A stretch of 64,000 nt of DNA from Lachnospiraceae bacterium (GTDB lineage: Bacteria > Bacillota > Clostridia > Lachnospirales > Lachnospiraceae), in the NCBI GenBank assembly GCA_900766815.1, contig CAAFWV010000057.1:7404-71403 (forward strand), written 5' to 3'. The notes below the pieces were generated by a model that saw only the letters and a list, made by a program, of their open reading frames with translations, did not search any database and had not been told where the DNA came from. This document shows positions 49,206 through 58,197 of the stretch, piece by piece. How positions within the stretch are numbered: position 1 is the stretch's first letter; each line of letters begins with the position of its first letter. A program made the position numbers and the translations under genes.

Positions 49206-51377
49206 TCAGTCTTCTATCAGCATGCTTTCGAACACCATAACCGTTCTGGGCGGTATCGAAATAACATTACCGTTCACCTCAACCATGTCCATAACCACAC
49301 TGTCCACGCGGTTGGTATCTATCATTACATACCATTTACAGCCCGCAGGCGGAGCCGGAAGAGTAACTGTCTGATGCTCCCAATATGCATTGATTCCCAT
49401 ATATACCAGCTCATCCTTGCCATTCTTATGAACACCGGCATACATTACTCCTACATAGTGATGATGTCCGTGGAAATTAGTCCAGAAGGGCGTCAGTCCA
49501 TGCTGACTCATGCACGGATAACCTACCGAGCATCTATCCGTATCCACTCTGATTACCCTGTGTCTCTTTCGATACCAGATTAGATACTGTACAAAGGTGA
49601 AGAGGTCGTGATTCTTCTCAAGTAGGTTCCAGTCAAGCCATGATATCTTATTATCCTGACAATAGCCATTGTTATTGCCAAACTGGGTATTACCGAATTC
49701 ATCTCCTGCGAGGAACATAGGGATTCCCCTGCTCATCATGAGAACTGTGAAGGCATTCTTAATCATACGATGTCTCAGATTGTTAACCTCAACATCGTCA
49801 GTCTCACCCTCATATCCGCAGTTCCAGCTGTGATTATCATTAGCACCGTCGGTATTATTCCAGCCATTAGCCTCATTATGCTTATAATTATATGTATACA
49901 AATCATGAAGGGTGAATCCGTCATGACAGGTAATAAAGTTAACTGAAGCCAGATGTCCTCTTGTCTCGGGATTATATATATCCGGCGAACCTGTGATTCT
50001 GTTGGCCGCAGCCTGTTCCATGTTATCATCGCCCTTAAGGAAGGCTCTGATGTCGTCCCTGTATCTGCCGTTCCACTCAACCCATCTGTTCCATGAAGGG
50101 AAGCTTCCCACCTGGTACATTCCGCCGGCATCCCATGCCTCTGCGATAAGCTTAACATTACCAAGAATCGGGTCAAAAGCGAGTGATTCAAGAAGAGGCG
50201 GCTGATTCATGGGCGAACCATCCTCATTACGTCCGAGAATGGAAGCCAGATCGAATCTGAAGCCGTCGATTCTGTACGCAATAACCCAGTGTCTGAGACA
50301 GTCAATGATCATCTGTCTCACAATGGGATTATTACAGTTCAGAGTATTGCCGCAGCCCGAGAAGTTGTAATAATATCCGTCCGGCGTAAGCATATAATAA
50401 ATATTGTTATCTATTCCCTTGAACGAGAAAATAGGCCCGTGTTCATTACCCTCAGCCGTATGATTAAATACAACATCAAGATATACCTCGATACCGTTCT
50501 CATTGAGCAGTTTCACCAGTCTCTTAAGCTCATTGCCCTCCTTATTATATTCAGGCCTAGAACAGTACGCCGTATTGGGCGAGAAATAATTAACGGTATT
50601 GTATCCCCAGTAATCTATTAAGTCATGACCCTCATACACTCTGTGATCATGCATCTCGTCAAACTCAAAGATCGGCATTAGCTCCACTGCAGTAACACCA
50701 AGCTCCTTAAGATACGGCACCTTCTGTCTTATGGCATCGAAGGTTCCCGGAAAATCCACGCCGGAGCTTTCATCCATCGTGAAGCCTCTTACATGCATCT
50801 CATAGATAATCAGGTCTTCCATAGGAGTCAGCGGCTGTCTGTTGTTGCCCCAGTCGAAGTCATCCTTAACAACTCTCGCCCTGTAGCCCTTATATTCCTT
50901 CTCCTCAACGCCCCATTTACTCAGTCCTGCTACTGCCTTGGCATAGGGGTCAAGGAGGATATTATTCTTATCAAAGAGCAGTCCCTTCGAAGGGTCATTG
51001 GGACCATCCATTCTGTAGGCATATTCGAGCTCATCTATCGTAAGCCCGAATACTATCATCGAATAACAGTTACCTATCTTATAATTGTCCGGAAACGGCA
51101 AAACCGCGAATGGCTCACTTGCCTTTCTCCTGAAGAGCAGAAGCTCGCAGCTCGTAGCCTGATTGCTGTGAATCGTAAAATTAATTCCCCCGGGGATAAC
51201 GGTTGCACCGTTCATCTCATACATTCCGGGTCTTACATCATATCCTGCGATATTATCCATTGGAATCAGGTTAATCTCCTGAGACCTTGTGGAAGCCTTA
51301 CCGGTAAATTTATTCTCTGAGTCTCTGCTGACGCCCGTGTCAGTACTCATAATATCCTTAGTACTCTTGCCAAACAT
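49206..51377 (-). CDS. glgX: GH13 glycogen-debranching / isoamylase-type enzyme (GlgX-like)
   Basis: GH13 regions GFRFDLASIL (II), IAEAWDAGG (III), FITCHDGFTLHD (IV); N-terminal CBM48-like domain. Confidence 0.8.
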   Translation of the reverse strand: MFGKSTKDIMSTDTGVSRDSENKFTGKASTRSQEINLIPMDNIAGYDVRPGMYEMNGATVIPGGINFTIHSNQATSCELLLFRRKASEPFAVLPFPDNYKIGNCYSMIVFGLTIDELEYAYRMDGPNDPSKGLLFDKNNILLDPYAKAVAGLSKWGVEEKEYKGYRARVVKDDFDWGNNRQPLTPMEDLIIYEMHVRGFTMDESSGVDFPGTFDAIRQKVPYLKELGVTAVELMPIFEFDEMHDHRVYEGHDLIDYWGYNTVNYFSPNTAYCSRPEYNKEGNELKRLVKLLNENGIEVYLDVVFNHTAEGNEHGPIFSFKGIDNNIYYMLTPDGYYYNFSGCGNTLNCNNPIVRQMIIDCLRHWVIAYRIDGFRFDLASILGRNEDGSPMNQPPLLESLAFDPILGNVKLIAEAWDAGGMYQVGSFPSWNRWVEWNGRYRDDIRAFLKGDDNMEQAAANRITGSPDIYNPETRGHLASVNFITCHDGFTLHDLYTYNYKHNEANGWNNTDGANDNHSWNCGYEGETDDVEVNNLRHRMIKNAFTVLMMSRGIPMFLAGDEFGNTQFGNNNGYCQDNKISWLDWNLLEKNHDLFTFVQYLIWYRKRHRVIRVDTDRCSVGYPCMSQHGLTPFWTNFHGHHHYVGVMYAGVHKNGKDELVYMGINAYWEHQTVTLPAPPAGCKWYVMIDTNRVDSVVMDMVEVNGNVISIPPRTVMVFESMLIED

Positions 51378-51382
51378 CCCTG

Positions 51383-52501
51383 TTATCCTCTCTCACCGGC
51401 AACCATTTCAAGTGCCTTCTCGATTACCTTATCCATGTCATAATACTTATACTGGCCAAGTCTTCCTCCGAAGAGAACATTTTCCTCCCCGGCAGCCATC
51501 TCCTCGTATTTCCTATACAGTTCATTATTTCTTTCATTATTTACGGGGTAATAAGGCTCATCCCCACTCTTCCATTCAACCGGGTATTCTTTGCTGACAA
51601 CCGTGTCAGGCTGTGTTCCAAACTCGAAATGCTTATGTTCTATAATTCTTGTATAAGGAATCTCCCTCTCTGTGTAATTAACAACTGCATTACCCTGGTA
51701 GTTGTCTACTCCCTCTATAAGTTCATGCTCAAACTTAACGGTTCTGTACTCCAGTTCTCCGAGGCAGAAATCGAAATATTCATCAATCATTCCCGTATAC
51801 AGAATCTTGCCAAATTCGTCTCTGTCGCTCTTAGCCTCGTTCTCTACCATGAATTCTTTATAGGTCTTACCAAGTATGACAGGTGTGTCACCAATCATTT
51901 TCCTGACAATTTCCGTATATCCTCCTATCGGAATACCCTGGAATCTGTCATTAAAATAATTATTATCATAAGTAAATCTAAGCGGCAGTCTCTTGATAAT
52001 GAAGGAAGGAAGTTCCTTACAGTCTCTTCCCCACTGCTTCTCTGTATATCCCTTCACCAGCTTCTCATATACGTCTCTTCCGGCTAGGGAAAGTGCCTGT
52101 TCCTCCAGATTCTTGGGCTCCATAATATTCAGGTCCTTAATCTGGCCCTCAATTATATCCTTAGCCTCCTTAGGAGTCCTGATGTTCCACATCTTGGAGA
52201 AGGTATTCATGTTAAAAGGAAGATTGTAAAGCTCATCCTTATATACAGCCATAGGGCTATTGATAAAATTATTGAATTCAGCAAACTGATTGATATAATC
52301 CCAGGTCGCCCTATTGCTTGTATGGAAGATATGAGCTCCATACCAGTGTACATTAATGTCTGCCCACTTCTTAGTATAGACATTACCTGCTATATGATCC
52401 CTCTTATCTATAATAAGACAGCTCTTTCCATCCCTAGTCATCTCATGTGCAAATACTGCTCCGAAGAGTCCTGCACCGACAATAAGATAATCGTACTTCA
52501 C
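51383..52501 (-). CDS. glf: UDP-galactopyranose mutase
   Basis: Rossmann YDYLIVGAGLFGAVFA; overall Glf conservation (...NVHWYGAHIFHT..., YTEKQWG). GTG start at VKYDYL preferred, with GAGGTAAG upstream. Confidence 0.9.
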   Translation of the reverse strand: MKYDYLIVGAGLFGAVFAHEMTRDGKSCLIIDKRDHIAGNVYTKKWADINVHWYGAHIFHTSNRATWDYINQFAEFNNFINSPMAVYKDELYNLPFNMNTFSKMWNIRTPKEAKDIIEGQIKDLNIMEPKNLEEQALSLAGRDVYEKLVKGYTEKQWGRDCKELPSFIIKRLPLRFTYDNNYFNDRFQGIPIGGYTEIVRKMIGDTPVILGKTYKEFMVENEAKSDRDEFGKILYTGMIDEYFDFCLGELEYRTVKFEHELIEGVDNYQGNAVVNYTEREIPYTRIIEHKHFEFGTQPDTVVSKEYPVEWKSGDEPYYPVNNERNNELYRKYEEMAAGEENVLFGGRLGQYKYYDMDKVIEKALEMVAGERG

Positions 52502-52511
52502 AATACTTACC

Positions 52512-52986
52512 TCACTTCTTCTTATCCATAAATTGTGGTGTAATGGCATTCAGCCTGTTGGCTACCTTGTAATAATCCTGCACCTGGCTGGCATGGACCG
52601 TTCTATTTCTGATGTCCTTATGAGCCTTGGCAAATCTCTGCTCCATGGCAGCCTTATTTCTGGCTTCAATTGCCTGAATCCTGGTGCTGCATGACATAAC
52701 CTCACTAATCTTTGTCTTAATAGTCTCAATCTCGTCCTTATATTCTTCCTTCTGTGCTTCGAGATTGTCCTTTATATTGTCATACAGAGCCTGAAAGCCT
52801 TCATCAAGCTTATTTATCTTATCAATAATTGCAGCCTTATCATCCATATTGGCATCTATATCCTCGAAGGCGGCTTCTTCCTCTATCATAGCACTCTGCA
52901 CCCGGCTCAGATCCTCTATCTCCTTAAGCAGCGCAAGCTTCTTATCAAGGCTTTCATCAAGTATTTTAAGATATCTTCCTAACATC
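52512..52986 (-). CDS. Coiled-coil flagellar chaperone-like protein (FliT-like by position downstream of fliS)
   Basis: ATG with perfect AAGGAGG RBS (M24 of the listed ORF); all-helical acidic protein; position equivalent to fliT in fliD-fliS-fliT operons. Confidence 0.4.
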
Positions 52987-53087
52987 CATACCTCCTTGGA
53001 ATTATTAACACAGTCCGGTGTTCCATAACAAAGCATAAGCAAATGTCTGAGCAAATAAACACCTTCACTATTATATCATAAAATCAG

Positions 53088-53112
53088 CCTGCGATTGTTA
53101 ATCGCAGGCTAA
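53088..53112 (-). terminator. Stem-loop with U-run after fliS
   Basis: AGCCTGCGATT-aaca-AATCGCAGGCT followed on the minus strand by GATTTTATGATATAAT. Confidence 0.4.
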
Positions 53113-53126
53113 TATACCAACTTTAT

Positions 53127-53513
53127 TTATACAACGCCTCTGACCTTATTCGCCTTCATAACCTGAATCCAGGTGTCTCTCATGGAACGAAGATGTGTCA
53201 GCACCTCTTCCATTATTTCCTTATCCTTTTTGACATTGGCCTCGTACAGACGCTTCAGCAGATATACATAGATTCTGTCGAAATCCTCGGCCACAGGATA
53301 CTTTCTGTCCAGGGTATTTCTAAACTCCTCTATTATTCTCTGAACCCTTATTATATTGTTGTGAGCCTTCTGGATGTCATTCTGCTCCATACCCATTACA
53401 GCAATGTTGGCGAACTTGATTGCTCCGTCGTAAAGCATAAGTGTAAGCTCCGCAGGGCTCGCTGTTAATATTTTGCTGTTATTATACTGTGCATATCCAT
53501 TAGGTAGTGCCAT
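53127..53513 (-). CDS. fliS: Flagellar export chaperone FliS
   Basis: MALPNGYAQYNNSKILTASPAELTLMLYDGAIKF... is canonical FliS; start at MALPNGY with GGAGGT RBS. Confidence 0.9.
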   Translation of the reverse strand: MALPNGYAQYNNSKILTASPAELTLMLYDGAIKFANIAVMGMEQNDIQKAHNNIIRVQRIIEEFRNTLDRKYPVAEDFDRIYVYLLKRLYEANVKKDKEIMEEVLTHLRSMRDTWIQVMKANKVRGVV

Positions 53514-53545
53514 AGATATTACCTCCAAGATTATTTAGATTATAA

Positions 53546-55072
53546 TTACATACCAAAGAGACCGGAAATAGCACTCTGCTTGCTGTTGATGCCACTCATT
53601 GCTTTCTCCATTGCTGTAAACTTCTTGTAATAATAGTCTTCCCACTTATTTACCTTGGTCTCCTGCTCGGAAATCTTGGTAGTATATTCATCATACTGCT
53701 TCTTAAGATAAATATCGTTATATACGGTAAAGGCTGAAGAGTAGTCCTTAACTCTTCCCATAAGCTCATCCATCTTGGAATACAGATTCTTGGCAAGACC
53801 TGAGAAGAACTCAGCTACCTGATCGGCATTTGTTGCAATTGCCTTACGAAGCTTATCCTCATTGTTGGCAGAAATATCATCATCCTCATTACCGTCTATA
53901 TGATAAGCACCTCTTTCGTTGTCCTTTGCCAATGAATAACTAGCGGTATTTATTCCAAAATCGCTTAAGAACATCGTATTTCCGTCAGACATCTTAACGC
54001 CTGCGAGAAGTGACTGCTTCATTCCCGAGATTACATCGTTAAGTGAAGAATCACGTCTGAGAAGCGAATCCTTAATCTTGGTCTCCCATTCCTTGACCTC
54101 GTCCTCACTCATCTCTTCCTTCTGCTCATCAGTAAGCATATGATACTTGCTTGCCGAATCTGCATTGTAGAGCTTATCCATCTCATTAATCAGTTCGTTA
54201 TATTCCTTAAAGAGATTCTTAACCATGTCATAGATACCCTCGGTATCCTGAGAGGTTGTAAGAGATATCTCCTCATCCGTCATATTGTTAATTGTGATTG
54301 TAAGACCGTTAATATCGAATGTATTGCTGTCTGAGGTAAACTTCTCACCATTAAGCTCTATCTCCGCGCTCTGACCGTCAATTCTCGAACCGGCATTGCT
54401 TCCGTCAGAATTAAGAAGGCCGAGCTTGCTGAAGAGCTCAATGCTTGCTGCATCACTTCCGTAGCTGAAATCATTCTCAGCTCCGTTGCTCTTGGCAGCA
54501 ACGAAGAATCTCTGGTTCTTCTCATCAAAGTTAACGGTTGCACCGTTCTTATTGAGAGTTGAGGTAAGTTGTCCTATTGTCATATCATCTGTTATTTCAA
54601 CAGACTTGCCGTTAAATTCAACGGTTCCTGCGCTTACACCAAGCTCACTTAGCTTAGTTGATGCTGTATATGAAGCCTTAACCTTATTGCCGGTAGGATT
54701 ACCGTCTGCATCGACCTCGTCTGCCTTAAGTTCAACGCCTGTATGGTATCCTGACTTGGCCATAGATACAATCTTAAGTGACTGAACGCAATCCGGCGCT
54801 GAATTGCTTGAAATAACGCTTACCGCGTTAGAGCTTGACTTTGTAGCCTTCTTGGTATAATCAGTCTTAAATCTGGCATTACTCAGTGTCTTGCTGTAGA
54901 ACTTATATATCTTACTATTCAGGCTCTTCCATGCGTCCTGTTTCCACTCAAGCTTCTTCTGCTCGCCCTTGAATGTATTTAATTTTTCCTTCTTAGCCGA
55001 TACCAGTGCTTCTACGATAGCCTCGGTATCGAGGTTGGAATTCATTCCCGATATTCTTACACCTGATGACAT
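53546..55072 (-). CDS. fliD: Flagellar filament cap protein FliD (HAP2)
   Basis: N-terminal MSSGVRISGMNSNLDTEAIVEALVSAKKEKL and conserved C-terminal helical region. Confidence 0.9.
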   Translation of the reverse strand: MSSGVRISGMNSNLDTEAIVEALVSAKKEKLNTFKGEQKKLEWKQDAWKSLNSKIYKFYSKTLSNARFKTDYTKKATKSSSNAVSVISSNSAPDCVQSLKIVSMAKSGYHTGVELKADEVDADGNPTGNKVKASYTASTKLSELGVSAGTVEFNGKSVEITDDMTIGQLTSTLNKNGATVNFDEKNQRFFVAAKSNGAENDFSYGSDAASIELFSKLGLLNSDGSNAGSRIDGQSAEIELNGEKFTSDSNTFDINGLTITINNMTDEEISLTTSQDTEGIYDMVKNLFKEYNELINEMDKLYNADSASKYHMLTDEQKEEMSEDEVKEWETKIKDSLLRRDSSLNDVISGMKQSLLAGVKMSDGNTMFLSDFGINTASYSLAKDNERGAYHIDGNEDDDISANNEDKLRKAIATNADQVAEFFSGLAKNLYSKMDELMGRVKDYSSAFTVYNDIYLKKQYDEYTTKISEQETKVNKWEDYYYKKFTAMEKAMSGINSKQSAISGLFGM

Positions 55073-55148
55073 ATTATCCTCCTTACGACATCCTTGTCTT
55101 TGTTAAAATCGCTTGCGACTAACCTTTGAATCCATTCAATTACGTATG

Positions 55149-55577
55149 TTATCTCTTCTCATCAACCAGAATACCGGCCATCTCCCATACTCTTTCAATC
55201 ATATCCAGAGTCTTCTCGGGCGGAAGCTCCTTAATGGTCTTCTTGGTTGTCTTATCCACAATCTTAATTGTGACTCTGTTGGTACCCTCATGGATACCGA
55301 ATACTGCCTCTGTGTTGGGCATGCTCTTGTTGAGATTATCAACAGCCTTCTTAAGAGTCTCTCTGTCCGGTTCCTTCTGATTATCACCTCTGGCATCTGT
55401 GTTGCCTTCACTGGTCCTGGCAACAGCCAATGTAGTATCATCTATCACGGGAACCTGACTCTGCTGCGCGTCAAGCTCGCTTATTTTCACTTCCCTGTTC
55501 TCTGCGGGAGCAGTCTTCACAGTTGACTGTACCTGCACTGCTGTCATTGTTCCAACCGGTTCTATTGCCATGGTCAT
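55149..55577 (-). CDS. flaG: Flagellar protein FlaG
   Basis: C-terminal TIKIVDKTTKKTIKELPPEKTLDMIERVWEMAGILVDEKR is the FlaG signature. Confidence 0.8.
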   Translation of the reverse strand: MTMAIEPVGTMTAVQVQSTVKTAPAENREVKISELDAQQSQVPVIDDTTLAVARTSEGNTDARGDNQKEPDRETLKKAVDNLNKSMPNTEAVFGIHEGTNRVTIKIVDKTTKKTIKELPPEKTLDMIERVWEMAGILVDEKR

Positions 55578-55607
55578 TACCTCCTTGTATTAATCACCAT
55601 CAAACTT

Positions 55608-55668
55608 AAAAAGGATAGTAGACAAACTCTACTATCCTTTATATCGGCTAAATAATCAAATTATTAAT
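55608..55668 (-). promoter_or_regulatory. Sigma-28 (SigD/FliA)-type -10 element GCCGATAT (55641-55648, minus strand) followed by a leader hairpin containing GGA motifs and a GGAGG SD, upstream of flaG-fliD-fliS
   Basis: Minus strand ...attatttaGCCGATATaaAGGAtagtagagtttgtctactatcCTTTTTaagtttgatggtgattaatacaAGGAGGtaatgaccATG. The -35 is imperfect (TTAA/ATTA rather than TAAA). Confidence 0.4.
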
Positions 55669-55708
55669 AGCAACGAAAACAAAATTCAAAAAATCTTATA
55701 ATAATCTC

Positions 55709-55930
55709 TTACTTCTTAAACAGATCTGCAAGACCGATAAGGTTGTTGGAGCTCATAGCCTCCTCATTCTCCTTCTGGATCTGGAGATATACCTCCTTGC
55801 GGTATACAGGAACCTCCTTGGGGGCTGTGATACCAAGCTTAACCTGGTCTCCCTTAATCTCAAGAACCGTAACCTCGATATTATTATTAATAACGAGGGC
55901 TTCATTTTTCTTACGTGATAATGCTAACAT
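55709..55930 (-). CDS. csrA: Carbon storage regulator CsrA
   Basis: MLALSRKKNEALVINNNIEVTVLEIKGDQVKLGITAPKEVPVYRKEVY is canonical CsrA. Confidence 0.9.
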   Translation of the reverse strand: MLALSRKKNEALVINNNIEVTVLEIKGDQVKLGITAPKEVPVYRKEVYLQIQKENEEAMSSNNLIGLADLFKK

Positions 55931-55933
55931 TCT

Positions 55934-56383
55934 TTAGTCCTCCTTATTAATTATGTCATAAATCGGGAATCTGACTTCATACCTGTCAGGATCCACAATA
56001 AGCTGGATGGCCTTGCGCTCATCTGCATTGATAATAAAAGGCGCCTGAAGATTGACACTCATCTTCTTGATATCCTGCGGAACTGTAAGTGTAACCAGTA
56101 CCAGGATTGATTCCGGATTAAGCTCACCTATAGGCTTAAGCATCTCATCCTCTACTGTGGGATTATAATCCGGACATACTGCAAGAGGATCCATAACCGG
56201 CATTGCAAAATTAGGCTCCTGCATAGACTGCATCCATCTGATCGGATTCTCGCTGTCCTTCTCCGCATCATGGATTATCGCAAAATCCGTAAGATTCGGA
56301 AATCCGACAATACCACCCTGGAAGTGGATAATCTTTGATTCTTCGATATCGATTTCCCCAAATACTCTTGTAGTTATCTTCAT
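55934..56383 (-). CDS. fliW: Flagellar assembly factor FliW
   Basis: ...IHFQGGIVGFP...; 149 aa; the 3-nt gap to csrA is typical of fliW-csrA. Confidence 0.9.
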   Translation of the reverse strand: MKITTRVFGEIDIEESKIIHFQGGIVGFPNLTDFAIIHDAEKDSENPIRWMQSMQEPNFAMPVMDPLAVCPDYNPTVEDEMLKPIGELNPESILVLVTLTVPQDIKKMSVNLQAPFIINADERKAIQLIVDPDRYEVRFPIYDIINKED

Positions 56384-56398
56384 ACTGCCTCCTTTAGC

Positions 56399-58078
56399 TT
56401 ATATATAATTCATCAGTGAAGTCTGAAGTACCTTACTTGTGCTCATCAGAGCAGCGTCATATGTAAGCATAGCACTTTTTAACTGAATTGCCACCTCTGA
56501 AATATCAACATTCTCATTCTCACTCTCCAGAGTCTCGAAATTGGTCTTCTGGCTCATGAGTCTGTTCTCAACAAGGGCGAGCTTGCTGCCACGTGTTCCG
56601 CAGGCTGTTGTTGCGGTATTGGCTGCATTCAGATGATTCTGCATCCTTGTGATGCCCTGTTTGAACATATTCACTCTTTTTTCTTCAAGATAGGTCAGAG
56701 CCTTGTTGGCTGCATCTATCTGAGACTGAAGAGTATTGTAGTTCGCAGTGTAATTCACATCCGTGGTATCAAGAGCCTTCTGAGTATCTGTCAGCCTGTT
56801 AATGGTCTCCTGCATGGCAATCGTCTCATTAAGAACATTAATCAAATCCTCTGTATCTCTTCCGATTGCATGTGTGAATACCTCATCAGCTGTTGTATTA
56901 ACTCTTACAGTCTGGCTTGTCCCGACATCATATTCTATAGCCTGCTTCTCTCTTATGCCCTCAAGATATGAGCTGTTGTATATTATTGACTCATCCTCGG
57001 TTGTTGCAGGATCGTCCTTCGACATATCTTTACAAGCGAAATAATGCTCAGGTCTTAGGTCTCCCTTATCCCAGGTCGACTTCTCATATGTAATTCTAAA
57101 CTCCGCTTCGTTAACGGTCGGAGATGTAATATCATCATTAAGACCTGCAAGCTTATTGTATACACTGTCTGATATGAGCAGCTCTCCCGTCTCAGGGATA
57201 AGAACCATGAAATCCTCACCGGCAGCATTAGCATCGCTTATAACCTGATAGGGGCTTGGAACCGCATCTCTTGACATAATAACAGGCTCCAGTAATGTAT
57301 CGGCAGAATTACCATATCTGTCAGAAATCTTATCAGCAGTTGATGTCTTATCAAAAAGCTTTACCGTAATCTTACTATCCTCCAGATTATCATAGGCAAG
57401 CCTTATTCTCTTAATTGAGTTTTCAGATATATCCTGCTCAGCTATATCGGAATTATTGTTACTATTCGTGGTAACTGTACCGCTTGCGAAATCATAGGTA
57501 CCCGTCTCATATGTACCGGTGCCGTAATTCGACGAATTAAGTCCGTTCAGGAAGCCTGAATTAACATATGTAATCGTATCAATCGATGCTACCGTTAACT
57601 GCTCGGTTATCTGCATCTTCCTGGTCTCTGACGCTTCATACATCAGTGTAGACTCTGTTCTGTATCCTGTGAAGAGGCTTCTGCCGGCATAGTCTGCATT
57701 ACCTGTAGAATATACCTCATCCTTATATGCTGACAGTGCATCAAGGATGCTCTTTCGATCCTGGTCTGTCAGCTTCTCAGATACGCCCTTACTTACGCTC
57801 TCAATCATATCCGTAAGCACATCTGTGGTTGTACCGAGGGCATCCTCAGTAAGCTCAAGCCAGCTGTTGGCATCCGGAATATTCTTGGAATAATACTGTG
57901 TAACCTGGCTTACATTGGTACGCAGTCTCAGCGCTCTGATTGCCACAACCGGATCCTCAGACGGTCTGTTAATCTTCTTCTCCGTAGCCATCTGAGTGTT
58001 GAGCTTATCCTGAAGGGTCTTATTTAAGTTAATATTATTAACCGAATTGTTCTGTATTATCTTATTGGTTACTCTCAT
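56399..58078 (-). CDS. flgL: Flagellar hook-associated protein 3 (FlgL), long form (559 aa)
   Basis: N-terminus MRVTNKIIQNNSVNNINLNKTLQDKLNTQMATEKKINRPSEDPVVAIRALRLRT (flagellin-N domain); conserved C-terminal helix. Confidence 0.85.
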   Translation of the reverse strand: MRVTNKIIQNNSVNNINLNKTLQDKLNTQMATEKKINRPSEDPVVAIRALRLRTNVSQVTQYYSKNIPDANSWLELTEDALGTTTDVLTDMIESVSKGVSEKLTDQDRKSILDALSAYKDEVYSTGNADYAGRSLFTGYRTESTLMYEASETRKMQITEQLTVASIDTITYVNSGFLNGLNSSNYGTGTYETGTYDFASGTVTTNSNNNSDIAEQDISENSIKRIRLAYDNLEDSKITVKLFDKTSTADKISDRYGNSADTLLEPVIMSRDAVPSPYQVISDANAAGEDFMVLIPETGELLISDSVYNKLAGLNDDITSPTVNEAEFRITYEKSTWDKGDLRPEHYFACKDMSKDDPATTEDESIIYNSSYLEGIREKQAIEYDVGTSQTVRVNTTADEVFTHAIGRDTEDLINVLNETIAMQETINRLTDTQKALDTTDVNYTANYNTLQSQIDAANKALTYLEEKRVNMFKQGITRMQNHLNAANTATTACGTRGSKLALVENRLMSQKTNFETLESENENVDISEVAIQLKSAMLTYDAALMSTSKVLQTSLMNYI

Positions 58079-58197
58079 CGGACTACTCCTTGGGCTGTGC
58101 CATGTTCACATCCTTGTGAATATTTTCATCCCTGACAGTATATTTATCGGTTGATTTATCCCAAATCTAAAGTATCGGTCTCGTATATTCTTTATGA

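Noticed and set aside
556-51320. Numerous 60-180 aa ORFs in the track lie antisense to, or overlap, large conserved genes (for example 755..1105, 2058..2594, 4389..4937, 4592..4840 Arg-rich, 15904..16335, 47957..48448, 50793..51320).
   Set aside because: They sit entirely inside well-supported genes on the opposite strand, have low-complexity or Arg/Ser/Leu-rich composition typical of antisense frames, and have no RBS. They are treated as spurious.
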